The notes beneath the pieces were generated by a model. That model saw nothing but the letters and a program-made list of their open reading frames with translations, ran no database searches and was not told the DNA's origin. A stretch of DNA of 64,000 nucleotides from a virus. The DNA is taken from positions 26,103-90,102 of the IMG/VR virus record IMGVR_UViG_3300036716_000695. The stretch is one strand, 5' to 3'. Position numbers and translations under genes: made by a program. Below, one piece after another: positions 45,252 through 55,723 of this stretch (position 1 is its first letter; every line of letters begins with the position of its first letter).

Positions 45252-46064
45252 ATGGCTATTATATTTAAAGAAGAGGGTCATTCATATGAAAGTATAGATA
45301 ATGACTCTATTAATTGGTTAAGCGTAACTTCTTTTATTGGTAAATTTAAACCTAAGTTTGACAGAGAAGGACAAGCAAAAAAATCATCTAAAAACAAAAG
45401 GTCCAAATGGTATGGTATGACTGAAAAAGAAATACTTACTGCATGGGACAATGAAACTAAAAGAGCTATTGGTCTAGGTAATTACTACCATGATCAAAGA
45501 GAAGCTGATATGCTTGATTTTAAGACAATAGAAAGGGATGGTACACAAATACCTATTATCAAACCTATTACTAATGAGAATGGTGTTAAAATGGCTCCAG
45601 AGCAAAAGCTTAAAGAAGGTATTTATCCAGAACACTTGGTATATTTAAAATCAGCAGGAATATGTGGACAGGCAGACTTAGTTGAAATTGTAAATGGTTA
45701 TATAAACATATATGATTATAAAACCAATAAGGAAATAAAAGAGAAAGGATTTACTAATTGGGAAGGTATAACAAACAAAATGTATAGTCCTGTTAACAAT
45801 TTAGATGATTGTAATTTAAACCATTATAACCTACAACTCAGTATTTATGCGTATATTATTAAAAAGCACAACCCCAAACTTAAGATAGGTAAGTTGGTTA
45901 TACAGCATGTTAAGTTTGAAAAAGTTGGAGATGATGATAATGGTTATCCCATTACTAAAATAGTAAATGGAGAACCTTCATTAGAAGGTATAAAAATGTA
46001 TGAATTACCATACTTAAAATCAGAAGTAACATCACTAATAATGTGGTTAAAAGACAATAGATAA
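45252..46064 (+). CDS. PD-(D/E)xK nuclease
   Basis: F.EEGHSY, SVT, G...H, PE, GQAD, DYKTN, Y.LQLS.Y. Start taken at MAIIF. Confidence 0.82.
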   Translation: MAIIFKEEGHSYESIDNDSINWLSVTSFIGKFKPKFDREGQAKKSSKNKRSKWYGMTEKEILTAWDNETKRAIGLGNYYHDQREADMLDFKTIERDGTQIPIIKPITNENGVKMAPEQKLKEGIYPEHLVYLKSAGICGQADLVEIVNGYINIYDYKTNKEIKEKGFTNWEGITNKMYSPVNNLDDCNLNHYNLQLSIYAYIIKKHNPKLKIGKLVIQHVKFEKVGDDDNGYPITKIVNGEPSLEGIKMYELPYLKSEVTSLIMWLKDNR

Positions 46065-46066
46065 TT

Positions 46067-46345
46067 ATGAGCAATATAACATTAACAAAAGTAGCTGTAA
46101 GAGTAAGTTTAAGTAATGGTCAACCTTATAAAGAATATGTAGAAGCAGGTAGTTATCAAGATCTTTATATAGATGCAACTTGTATAATGGCAGCAACCCC
46201 ATACTATTCTACACTTAACAAAGGGGTTATGAACGGTTTGGTTTTATTAACTTTAAAAACAGGGACGCAGATAGTAGATCCATCACCTATAGTTGTTCAA
46301 GCAAACTTTCAAGATATTAAGGATATAATGGATGCAAATAAATAA
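46067..46345 (+). CDS. Hypothetical protein
   Basis: 92-aa ORF. Confidence 0.7.
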   Translation: MSNITLTKVAVRVSLSNGQPYKEYVEAGSYQDLYIDATCIMAATPYYSTLNKGVMNGLVLLTLKTGTQIVDPSPIVVQANFQDIKDIMDANK

Positions 46346-46348
46346 ATT

Positions 46349-46867
46349 ATGCTAGTAAGACTATTTGACGTACAAAACAGTAAAGTAATTCCAACAGAAC
46401 ATTGCTATGCTTTACCTTTTCTAAAAGCAATTATGACTGAATATCCTGATACATACTTACAGGTTTATCAATATATTTTTTATATGAGTTGTCCTAATCC
46501 TGATATGAATCCATTTTTTAATTTACCTGAGCATGAGAAAGAAGATATTATAATTGAAGAAGTAAAGTTGGAGGAATCACCAGAAGATGGAAAGATAAGA
46601 TATGCTCTAGACATGTGTAAGAAATTATATGAAACACCAACATACAGAGCTTATGTAGGTATAAAATCCATGTTAGATAGATTAGGTAAGTATATGGAAG
46701 TCACACCTATAGAACATGGTAGAGATGGAAATATTAATTCCATGGTAAATGCAGCAGCTAAATTTGAGAATATAAGACAATCATACAAAGGAGCATTTAG
46801 TGATATGAAACAAGAGCAAGAAAGTTCAGTGCGTGGAGGTGCCGGATTAGCTTATGATCAAATGTAA
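46349..46867 (+). CDS. Helical protein upstream of TerL (terminase small subunit candidate)
   Basis: 172 aa, helical, C-terminal RGG...AYD; position near TerL. Confidence 0.5.
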   Translation: MLVRLFDVQNSKVIPTEHCYALPFLKAIMTEYPDTYLQVYQYIFYMSCPNPDMNPFFNLPEHEKEDIIIEEVKLEESPEDGKIRYALDMCKKLYETPTYRAYVGIKSMLDRLGKYMEVTPIEHGRDGNINSMVNAAAKFENIRQSYKGAFSDMKQEQESSVRGGAGLAYDQM

Positions 46868-46868
46868 A

Positions 46869-47021
46869 ATGAAAGTACAAGAAAAATGGCTATTCTGTTA
46901 TTGGGATGAACCAATATTTGAAAAGGAAGTAAAAAAAACTAACAATACAAAAACTAAAAACAATGGCACAACAAGTAATACCAATAGGAAAAAAGATTCT
47001 AATCAAACAAAAGGAAGCTGA
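46869..47021 (+). CDS. Possible 50-aa peptide overlapping the groES start
   Basis: MKVQEKWLFCYWDEPIF...; begins one base after the previous stop. Confidence 0.4.
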   Translation: MKVQEKWLFCYWDEPIFEKEVKKTNNTKTKNNGTTSNTNRKKDSNQTKGS

Positions 47022-47241
47022 ACAGTATTTTAAAAATACTACAATTATGATTCCTTCATCTGCACAAGAACAAGAAAATATAGGAACTGTAGTTGGTGTA
47101 GGTCAAACAGTTTCAGAAATAAAAGTGGGGGATGTTGTACAATATACAGATCATTGCCTACCCGTACCAATGAAGCATGATGAAACAGAACACTTGCTTA
47201 TACAAGAAGGAGATATATTTGCTATTCTGAGAGATGTATAA
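46963..47241 (+). CDS. groES: GroES co-chaperonin
   Basis: P.G.KILI, I.IP, G.VV.VG, IKVGD.V, ..LI.E.DI.AI. Confidence 0.85.
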   Translation: MAQQVIPIGKKILIKQKEAEQYFKNTTIMIPSSAQEQENIGTVVGVGQTVSEIKVGDVVQYTDHCLPVPMKHDETEHLLIQEGDIFAILRDV

Positions 47242-49420
47242 AACCATTCCTACATATAATAATAATAAGTGGGAAACAACAGAGTTTGAAGATAGAGAAA
47301 GTTTTATAAAGTTTTTATTGGATATATTTAAGGAGCCTGGTAATTATAATTTTACCAGTATGTCTAAAGAATTCAATAGTGAAGCTAAAACTTTTAATAA
47401 ACTTGGCTTCTATTGTGATAAACCTTTTAGATCTAAAGACTTTATAGCATATTGGGAAGATCAGAAGATTAAGTGTAGAGAAGGTGTGATATATAAACAC
47501 AATGGACTTACATGGTACCTAACACGTGACTACTACATGTGGCTTAATTTTTTACCCATATATGATAAAGAAGAGAAAAAATATGGTTTTGCTAAAGTGC
47601 GTGATGCTCAGTATCATATGGCTTTGTATGAAATACTTGCAGAGTTGCATTATCAACACTCTGCAATATTAAAGAAACGTCAGATTGCATCTTCCTATTT
47701 TCATATGGGAAAAATAATTAATACATACTGGTTTGAAGAAGGTAGTACATGTAAAATTGGTGCATCATTAAAAGATTACATAAATGATAAAGGTTCTTGG
47801 AAGTTTTTAGATGAATACAAAACATTTCTGAATGAGCATACTGCATGGTACAGACCAAGTAATCCAGAAAAGGTTTTACTATGGCAGCAACAGATAGAAG
47901 TTAAAGTTGGTAATAGGAAAACAGCCAGGGGTTTAAAATCTAAAATACAAGGGGCATCATTTGAAAAGAATGCAACATCTGGAGTAGGTGGACCTACAAC
48001 ATACTTCTTTCATGAAGAAGCTGGTATAGCACCAAAGATGATGCAAACATATGAGTATTTACGTCCTGCAATGTCTTCAGGTATGGTAACAACAGGTATG
48101 TTTATAGCTGCAGGATCTGTTGGTGACTTGGAACAGTGTAATCCTTTAAAGGATATGATACTCAATCCAAAAGCAAATGATATATATGCAGTAGAAACTA
48201 ATCTAATGGATGCTGACGGAGGCATTGGTATGGCAGGGTTATTTATTCCTGAACAGTGGTCTATGCCACCTTATATTGATGATTATGGTAACTCTTTAAT
48301 TGATGAAGCTATTGAAGCTATAGTAACGGAAAGAGCACGTTGGAAGAATGAATTAAGTGGAGAACAATATCAGTTAAGAATATCTCAAAAACCTTTGAAT
48401 ATAGCAGAAGCATTTGCATATAGAAAAGAATCTGTTTTTCCTCAAGGAATATTAAGTAAACAACAAAAAAGAATTCAAGAAAAAGAATATCCTTATGAAT
48501 TAATTAAATTAGATAGGGATGAAAAAGGAATTTTTGCTAAAAGGACAAATAAATTACCTATTACAAGATTTCCAGTAGATAAAAAACAAACTGATAAAAC
48601 AGGTACTATAGTTGTATGGGAAAGGCCTGTAAAGAATCCAGAGTTTGGTGCATATTATGCTTCTATTGACCCCGTGTCAGAAGGAAAAACAACTACATCT
48701 GATTCTCTTTGTAGTATCTTTGTATATAAAAATGCAACTGAAGTTACAAGAACTACAGCAGCAGGTGATGTTGAACAGTTTATTGAAAAAGATAAAGTAG
48801 TAGCTGCATGGTGTGGTAGATTTGATGACATTAATAAAACTCATGAAAGACTTGAATTAATAATTGAATGGTATAATGCTTGGACATTGGTAGAGAATAA
48901 CATTTCACTTTTTATCCAGCATATGATTGCTAGAAAAAAACAGAGATACTTAGTACCTAAACAACAAATACTTTTCTTAAAAGACTTGGGTTCCAATAGA
49001 ACTGTATATCAAGAATACGGTTGGAAGAATACAGGAACATTATTTAAAAGCCATTTGATTTCTTATGCAATTGAGTTTTTAAGAGAAGTAATAGATGAAG
49101 AAACTGATATTAACGGTGTAGTTACAAATCAAACATTAGGTGTTGAAAGAATACCGGATCCAATGTTAATTAAAGAAATGTTAGCTTACTATCCAGGATT
49201 GAACGTGGATAGACTGGTTGCATTTGGTGCATTAATTGCATTTGTAAAAATACAACAGTCTAACAGAGGTTATTCTAAAAGACGGGAATCAGAAGATAAT
49301 TCTTTGGTAAATTCAGAAAAATTCACTAAATTAAAGTATAGTCCGTTCAAAAATATTGGGCAAAATAAATCAAGAAATAGCTCCAGACCAAGAAGGTCAG
49401 GTTTTAAAAATTATAAATAG
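47234..49420 (+). CDS. Terminase large subunit
   Basis: Walker A-like LKKRQIASS, Walker B FFHEEAG, nuclease IDP, DS, VENN, and NVDR; lies upstream of the portal. Confidence 0.9.
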   Translation: MYKTIPTYNNNKWETTEFEDRESFIKFLLDIFKEPGNYNFTSMSKEFNSEAKTFNKLGFYCDKPFRSKDFIAYWEDQKIKCREGVIYKHNGLTWYLTRDYYMWLNFLPIYDKEEKKYGFAKVRDAQYHMALYEILAELHYQHSAILKKRQIASSYFHMGKIINTYWFEEGSTCKIGASLKDYINDKGSWKFLDEYKTFLNEHTAWYRPSNPEKVLLWQQQIEVKVGNRKTARGLKSKIQGASFEKNATSGVGGPTTYFFHEEAGIAPKMMQTYEYLRPAMSSGMVTTGMFIAAGSVGDLEQCNPLKDMILNPKANDIYAVETNLMDADGGIGMAGLFIPEQWSMPPYIDDYGNSLIDEAIEAIVTERARWKNELSGEQYQLRISQKPLNIAEAFAYRKESVFPQGILSKQQKRIQEKEYPYELIKLDRDEKGIFAKRTNKLPITRFPVDKKQTDKTGTIVVWERPVKNPEFGAYYASIDPVSEGKTTTSDSLCSIFVYKNATEVTRTTAAGDVEQFIEKDKVVAAWCGRFDDINKTHERLELIIEWYNAWTLVENNISLFIQHMIARKKQRYLVPKQQILFLKDLGSNRTVYQEYGWKNTGTLFKSHLISYAIEFLREVIDEETDINGVVTNQTLGVERIPDPMLIKEMLAYYPGLNVDRLVAFGALIAFVKIQQSNRGYSKRRESEDNSLVNSEKFTKLKYSPFKNIGQNKSRNSSRPRRSGFKNYK

Positions 49421-49441
49421 AACAATTAAATATATTCTAGA

Positions 49442-52201
49442 ATGAAAGTATTAAATGCAATGCAGTTAAAAAATGGAGCTAAGGCAGAGAGCGGCCCTAC
49501 GTTCTCTAGTTTAACTCAACCAGTTCAGTTTATTTCATCTAAACAAAAAACTGATGAGTGGGCTGCATGGAATTTAGATTGGCTTGAAGTTCAAGGAATA
49601 GAATTTTTGCGTTTAAATGCTAGAAGGCTTTTAAAGAATTATAAATTAGCTAAAGGTATTATTGATAAAACAGATTACATTGTTGAAGAAGACAATGATT
49701 ACAAAGAACTAATGGATGTTCTAACAACAGAAAATGAATCTGCGTTAGAATTAAAGTTTTATCCTATTGTACCTAATGTTATTAATGTTTTAAGCGGAGA
49801 GTTTGCTAAGAGATATAATAAAGTTCAATTTAGAGCTGTAGATGACAAGTCATACAATGAAATGTTGGAGCAGAAGAAAGTTGAAATTGAACAAGTATTA
49901 CTTGCTGATGCAGAAAGGAATCTTGTTCAGTCAATGATAGAAGCAGGAATGGATCCGGCATCAGAAGAAGCACAACAGAAACTATCTCCAGAAAATTTAA
50001 AATCATTACCAGAAATAGAAGATTACTTTAGTAAGTCTTATAGAAGTAGTGTAGAAGAATGGGCATCACATCAATTAAATGTTGATGAGGAAAGATTCAA
50101 AATGCAAGAGCTTGAGGAAAGAGGTTTTAGAGATAGCTTAATTGCAGATAGAGAGTTCTGGCATTTCCGCATGTTAGAGGATGACTATGATGTTGAATTA
50201 TGGAATCCTGTATTAACATTTTATCAAAAGTCTCCAGATCAAAGATATATATCTGAATCTAATTATGTAGGTAAGATAGATTTAATGACAGTATCTGATG
50301 TAGTAGATAAGTATGGGTATTTAATGGATGAGAAGCAATTAAAATCTTTACAAAAAATATATCCAGCTAGATCTGCACAATACCAAGTTAACGGTTATCA
50401 AAATGATGGATCTTATTATGATGCAACAAGGTCACATGAATGGAATACTAATTCTCCTAGTCTAGCATATAGACAATATACAAGTAACTATTGGAATGAC
50501 CCATCAAGTGGTGGAGATATAGTATCTCAAATATTAGATGAAAGTGAAGACTTAATACAATGGGGTGATAGCAACCTGATGAGAGTTTCTACAATCTATT
50601 GGAAAACTCAAAGAAAGGTAGGACATCTTACTAAAATTGAACTAGACGGTGAGGTTACTCAAGAAATAATTGATGAAACATTTAAGATTACAGAAAAACC
50701 TGTATATGATACATCAATATTTAAAAATAAATCTAAAGAAACTTTATTACAGGGAGAACATATTGATTGGATCTGGATTAATGAAACTTGGGGTGGAGTA
50801 AAAATAGGACCTAATGTACCAGCAATGTGGCATACTACAATGGGTGATAACGTTAATCCTATTTATGTAGGTATTAATAGAACTAAACCTGGTAGGTTAC
50901 CTTTCCAATTTAAAGGTTCTAATACATTATATGGGTGTAAACTTCCAGTAGAAGGTCGTGTATTTTCTGATAGAAATACAAGATCTACTTCATTAGTAGA
51001 TTTAATGAAAGCTTATCAGGTTGGGTATAACATGGTAAATAATCAAATAGCAGATATACTAATTGATGAATTAGGTACTGTAATTATGTTTGATCAAAAT
51101 GCTTTACCACGTCATTCAATGGGAGAAGATTGGGGTAAAAATAATTATGCTAAAGCATACACTGCTATGAAAGATTTTAGCATGTTACCTTTAGATACAT
51201 CTATTACTAATACAGAAAATGCTACAAACTTTAATCACTACCAGACTCTTAATATGGAGCAAACAGGTAGATTAATGTCACGTATTCAGTTAGCTAATTA
51301 TTTTAAACAACAATGTTTTGATGCAATTGGAATCAATCCACAACGTCTAGGTGGAGCTGTATCAGCACAAACTGCAACAGGTGTAGTTAATGCTATGCAA
51401 CAATCCTATGCGCAAACAGAAATATACTTTGTACAACACTCAGATCATTTAATGCCTAGGGTGCATCAAATGAGAACTGACTTAGCACAGTTCTATAATA
51501 GTACAAACCCAAGCGTCAGACTTAGTTATATATCTAGTGAAGCACAAAAAGTAAACTTTACAATTAATGGTACTGATTTATTATTAAGAGACTTTAATGT
51601 TTTTGCAACAACTAAAACAAATCATAGAGCAATTCTAGAACAGCTAAAGCAAATGGCTTTAACTAATAATACTACTGGAGCATCAATATATGAGTTAGGT
51701 AATATTGTAAAAGCAGACTCTATTGCTGGAGTAACAGATATACTAAAAGATTCTGAAGCAAGAATACAAGCTCAGAGACAGCAAGATATGCAACAACAAC
51801 AGCAAATGCAGCAAGAGCAACTACAAGCTAAAGCTCAAGAAGAACAAATGAAACTGCAAGCTGAGCAAATGGAAAATGATAAGGATAGACAAAATGATTT
51901 AACTATTGCTGAAATTAGAGCTGCTGGTTATGGTTCAATGAGTGATGTTAATGAAAATAAAGTATCTGATTTTCAAGATGCTATGAAAGACATTAGAGAA
52001 ACTACACAATATAGAGAGCAAGCTAATCTTAAGCGTACAGAACTAACTCAAAAGGGAATACTTGAGCAATCTAGATTAAATGTAGAAAGAGAAAAAATAT
52101 CTGCAGATAAGCAAATAGCTAATACTAAATTAGAGATAGCTAGAGAAAACAAAAACAAGTATGATGTACAATCTTCTAATAAAAAGAAGAAAGATAAATA
52201 A
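49442..52201 (+). CDS. Portal protein (crAss-like)
   Basis: 919 aa after TerL, with YPI.PN.IN.L.GE, SLVD.MK.YQ..YN, GI.PQR.G and a Q-rich coiled-coil tail. Confidence 0.88.
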   Translation: MKVLNAMQLKNGAKAESGPTFSSLTQPVQFISSKQKTDEWAAWNLDWLEVQGIEFLRLNARRLLKNYKLAKGIIDKTDYIVEEDNDYKELMDVLTTENESALELKFYPIVPNVINVLSGEFAKRYNKVQFRAVDDKSYNEMLEQKKVEIEQVLLADAERNLVQSMIEAGMDPASEEAQQKLSPENLKSLPEIEDYFSKSYRSSVEEWASHQLNVDEERFKMQELEERGFRDSLIADREFWHFRMLEDDYDVELWNPVLTFYQKSPDQRYISESNYVGKIDLMTVSDVVDKYGYLMDEKQLKSLQKIYPARSAQYQVNGYQNDGSYYDATRSHEWNTNSPSLAYRQYTSNYWNDPSSGGDIVSQILDESEDLIQWGDSNLMRVSTIYWKTQRKVGHLTKIELDGEVTQEIIDETFKITEKPVYDTSIFKNKSKETLLQGEHIDWIWINETWGGVKIGPNVPAMWHTTMGDNVNPIYVGINRTKPGRLPFQFKGSNTLYGCKLPVEGRVFSDRNTRSTSLVDLMKAYQVGYNMVNNQIADILIDELGTVIMFDQNALPRHSMGEDWGKNNYAKAYTAMKDFSMLPLDTSITNTENATNFNHYQTLNMEQTGRLMSRIQLANYFKQQCFDAIGINPQRLGGAVSAQTATGVVNAMQQSYAQTEIYFVQHSDHLMPRVHQMRTDLAQFYNSTNPSVRLSYISSEAQKVNFTINGTDLLLRDFNVFATTKTNHRAILEQLKQMALTNNTTGASIYELGNIVKADSIAGVTDILKDSEARIQAQRQQDMQQQQQMQQEQLQAKAQEEQMKLQAEQMENDKDRQNDLTIAEIRAAGYGSMSDVNENKVSDFQDAMKDIRETTQYREQANLKRTELTQKGILEQSRLNVEREKISADKQIANTKLEIARENKNKYDVQSSNKKKKDK

Positions 52202-52261
52202 GTGTTAGCTATATACTGCAAAAAACTTTACTAAAATTTAAAATTATATAAGTTTATTGCA

Positions 52262-52292
52262 TTGTATGTGAAAAAACATTTTGTATATTATA
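52262..52292 (+). promoter_or_regulatory. Promoter (TTG-N19-TATATTAT) for the scaffold/MCP genes
   Basis: Bacteroidetes-type spacing; recurrent motif. Confidence 0.6.
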
Positions 52293-52326
52293 TATATAAG
52301 GATTTAATATTAAAACCAACAATAAT

Positions 52327-53628
52327 ATGGATACCAAAACAAACACTGTGAACAGTAACGTAGAGACATTAGACATTAACATTGATGAAATATTTGATGG
52401 TGCTCCAGGAAGTGGAGCTGTCACATTACCTGCGGAAGAAAAACCAAAAAGAAATATTTTATCAGGATTGCAAGAAAAAGCAGATTTTTCTTTTGCTGAT
52501 CCAGATAAAGATGATGCTGATGACTTAACTGCTAAAGTTGATGAAACAGAAAAAGAAGAGGTAACTGCAGAAAAAGAAACTGCCAAAGAAGATACTAGTA
52601 GCAAAGTAGAAGAAGCTGCTGATATACTAGAATCTTTAGATGAAGTTGATGAAGTTGCAGAAGAAGAAAAACCATCTAAAAGAGGTAGAAAGAGTATATC
52701 AGGAATATCTGATGTATTTTCTAAACTTATTAAAGATGATAAGATAGTTCCTTTTGATGATGATAAAGAATTAGAAGACTATACTGCCAAGGATTGGGAA
52801 GAATTAATTCAAGCTAATTTAGAAGAAAAAGCTAATCAAGTAAGAAGAGAAACCCCAAAACAATTTTTTGCTAGTTTACCTGAAGAACTTCAAGTAGCAG
52901 CAAGATATGTAGCAGATGGTGGTCAAGATCTTAAAGGATTATTTTCAACATTAGCTCAAGTTGAAAAAACTAAAGAGCTTAGCATTAAGAAAGAACAAGA
53001 CCAAGAAACAATTATTAGAGAATATTTAGGTGCTACAGGATATGGAACACAAGAAGAAATCTCTGAAGAAATTGAAATTTGGAAAGATTTAGGTAAACTA
53101 GAAAAACAAGCATCTAAGTTTAAACCTAAATTAGATAAAATGCAAGAAAAGGTTGTTGCTAAAAAGATAGAAGAGCAAGAGCTTAAAAAGAAGCAGCAAG
53201 AACAAGCATCTAAACAATACATGTCTAGTGTATATGAAACATTAAAGGATGGTAATTTAGGTGATATAAAAGTTGATAAGAGAACACAAACAATGTTGTA
53301 TAATGGTTTAGTACAACCAAGTTACCCATCTGTTAGTGGACGTAATACAAATTTGCTTGGTCATCTTTTAGAAAAGTATCAGTTTGTTGAACCAAACTAT
53401 ACATTAATTTCTGAAGCATTATGGTTGTTACAAGATCCAGATGGATACAAAGCAAAAATAATGGATAAAGGTGCACAGAAAAGTGTTGAGCAAACTGTAA
53501 GAAAATTAAAGACTGAACAGGCAAATGCAGGCGGATCTAACTCTTTAGGAATACAGAGTAAGGAAGAAGGAAAGAAGAAGTCAGGAAGAAAATTACCTAG
53601 AACCAACAACATATTCAAACGGATTTAA
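52327..53628 (+). CDS. Putative capsid scaffolding protein
   Basis: Very acidic N-terminus and coiled coil; lies between portal and MCP. Confidence 0.7.
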   Translation: MDTKTNTVNSNVETLDINIDEIFDGAPGSGAVTLPAEEKPKRNILSGLQEKADFSFADPDKDDADDLTAKVDETEKEEVTAEKETAKEDTSSKVEEAADILESLDEVDEVAEEEKPSKRGRKSISGISDVFSKLIKDDKIVPFDDDKELEDYTAKDWEELIQANLEEKANQVRRETPKQFFASLPEELQVAARYVADGGQDLKGLFSTLAQVEKTKELSIKKEQDQETIIREYLGATGYGTQEEISEEIEIWKDLGKLEKQASKFKPKLDKMQEKVVAKKIEEQELKKKQQEQASKQYMSSVYETLKDGNLGDIKVDKRTQTMLYNGLVQPSYPSVSGRNTNLLGHLLEKYQFVEPNYTLISEALWLLQDPDGYKAKIMDKGAQKSVEQTVRKLKTEQANAGGSNSLGIQSKEEGKKKSGRKLPRTNNIFKRI

Positions 53629-53679
53629 CAATCAAAAATAAATAACAATTAATATTAACAACAAAAACAAGTAAAAATT

Positions 53680-55299
53680 ATGGCAACTCCAGTATTAAAT
53701 AATGGAATTTTCCTAAGAGATACAAGCTACAAAGCTAGTTCTCATGTTGATTCTTATCACTTGACTCAGATGCTAGGTTCAGCAGAACCTATGGATATGG
53801 GACCAGTAGACCTTTGGGCAATGACCCAAAAGGTTGAAATGCCTTTATATCAAATGGCATCTTTCGGTGGAAAGAATACAATCATGGTGGACAATGCACG
53901 TGGTGAGTACAAATGGCAAACTCCAATTGCACAAGATCTTCCCTACATTGTAGCAGATATTGAAGCAGGAAACACAAGTAAAGGTGTAGACGGTACTACA
54001 TTTAAAATTAAGATTTCCAAAAGAACATTTGGACATGGTGATATTATCACATATGACAAATACAATGGATTAGAGCTTTACATCACAGCTGATGATATTA
54101 TCCCAGCAGGTGACGGCTACATCTATACAGTTCAATTGGTAAACAACAACAATGCAGCTAGCTTAGATAATAAGTATTTAGCTCAAGGTACAAAGTTCTT
54201 CAGAAAAGGTTCTGCAAGAGGTGAGTACGGAGAAAGATTCTCTGACATTGAAACAGGTTCTGGTTTCCGTGAATTCTACAATTTTGTAGGAGGAGCTGAA
54301 GCACATGTACATTATTCTATTTCTAGCCGTGCTGATCTAATGATCAAAGGTGGTTTGAATGCTGATGGTACTGTACCAGTAACTGAGATCTGGAGAAACT
54401 TTAACACTGACTCAGCAAATCCATCTGTTCCTTCAATTGAAGGTTTAGTAGCAAATATGGGTAAAGCTGGTGCAAGAGAAGCTATGGAAAATGGTACTCT
54501 TACACGTACTTTCATTACAAATATGGAAGCAGCTCACTTATCTAAAATTGCAACGGATATTGAAACTTACCTAATGTGGGGTAAAGGTGGTAGAATTAAA
54601 CAAGACGGACCAGATGATATTAGATTATCTGTAGGTTTATGGGCACAGTTAGATAACTCTTTCAAAAGAGTATATAACAAGTCTTCATTTACTCTTGATA
54701 TGTTTAAGTCTGAGCTTTACAACTTCTATCAAGGTAAAGTTGAGTTTAAAGGACCGGACCCACAAAGATCACTTGTTGTACAAACAGGTATTGCAGGAAT
54801 GCAATTGATCAACAAAGCTATTGCTGATGAAGTATATGGTTCTGGTTTAGTTCAAAATGCATCTGATATAGGAGCTGTTAAAGGTTCTGGTATGGATTTG
54901 GATTACGGTTTTGCTTACACAAGCTTTACTATTCCATTCTTAGCTAACGTTAAGTTTGTATTGAATCCAGCATTTGATAACTTAAATACAAATGACATTG
55001 AGAATCCATTAATTGATGGAAGACCTCTAAGTTCTTATAGCTTTATTATCTTTGATGTAACTGATGAAGGAAATGACAACATTCACTTGTTGAAACTTTC
55101 TTGGGATAATCAACTTAAGTGGTTCTACCAAAATGGTACTATGGACTACATGGGAAGAACTCAAGGGTTTGCATCTTCTGGAAACTTCAATGGATATAGA
55201 GTTATGATGACTCAAACAATGCCAGCTATTTGGGTTAAGGATCCAACTAAAGTTCTAAAAATTGTAATGAGAAACCCTATCACAGGAGGATCATTCTAG
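53680..55299 (+). CDS. Major capsid protein (crAss-like)
   Basis: 539 aa after the scaffold, followed by a strong terminator; E..LMWG, GLW.QL. Confidence 0.85.
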   Translation: MATPVLNNGIFLRDTSYKASSHVDSYHLTQMLGSAEPMDMGPVDLWAMTQKVEMPLYQMASFGGKNTIMVDNARGEYKWQTPIAQDLPYIVADIEAGNTSKGVDGTTFKIKISKRTFGHGDIITYDKYNGLELYITADDIIPAGDGYIYTVQLVNNNNAASLDNKYLAQGTKFFRKGSARGEYGERFSDIETGSGFREFYNFVGGAEAHVHYSISSRADLMIKGGLNADGTVPVTEIWRNFNTDSANPSVPSIEGLVANMGKAGAREAMENGTLTRTFITNMEAAHLSKIATDIETYLMWGKGGRIKQDGPDDIRLSVGLWAQLDNSFKRVYNKSSFTLDMFKSELYNFYQGKVEFKGPDPQRSLVVQTGIAGMQLINKAIADEVYGSGLVQNASDIGAVKGSGMDLDYGFAYTSFTIPFLANVKFVLNPAFDNLNTNDIENPLIDGRPLSSYSFIIFDVTDEGNDNIHLLKLSWDNQLKWFYQNGTMDYMGRTQGFASSGNFNGYRVMMTQTMPAIWVKDPTKVLKIVMRNPITGGSF

Positions 55300-55313
55300 A
55301 GAACATTAATATT

Positions 55314-55347
55314 AAAGGGGAGGGGTTAATCCTCCTCCCTTTTTTTT
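55314..55347 (+). terminator. Intrinsic terminator after MCP
   Basis: AAAGGGGAGGGG-TTAAT-CCTCCTCCCTTTTTTTT. Confidence 0.85.
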
Positions 55348-55367
55348 AATCCTTAAATAAAATAAAA

Positions 55368-55604
55368 ATGGCACAATTAAAAAAAGTTACACAGAAGTTT
55401 CAAGATAAAGCTTATGTAGGTAAAGTAAATACTACCGGTCTAGCAAGATTGCTTCATGTTAATGAAGTAATTGATTGGGTTAGAGGAGCGGCAGATTTAG
55501 AGTTTGTATCTAATGTTGAAGCAATAGCTGCAGGTTTGGAAAAAGGAGACTTATACCATACAGCAGGTGTATTAAAAATAGTTATAGACGCTGTAGAAGA
55601 ATAA
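55368..55604 (+). CDS. Small putative head decoration/fibre protein
   Basis: F.SN.EA.AAGL..GDLY...G.LKIV motif; directly after MCP. Confidence 0.6.
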   Translation: MAQLKKVTQKFQDKAYVGKVNTTGLARLLHVNEVIDWVRGAADLEFVSNVEAIAAGLEKGDLYHTAGVLKIVIDAVEE

Positions 55605-55723
55605 ACGTCAAAAAACTTTAGCAAGACTAAACATCTTGCTTTAGAAATTATTAATAAATAAACTGTACAATATTTGTACTTTTGACTAGTAAATAATTAT
55701 TAATTTTAAAAACCAAAAAAAAA

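Noticed and set aside
3030-49420. Introns or inteins in nrdA, nrdB, polB, dnaB or terL
   Set aside because: The ORFs are continuous and of ordinary or short length, with no intein or LAGLIDADG motifs.
51780-51860. CAA/CAG repeats
   Set aside because: They encode the ordinary Gln-rich portal C-terminal coiled coil.
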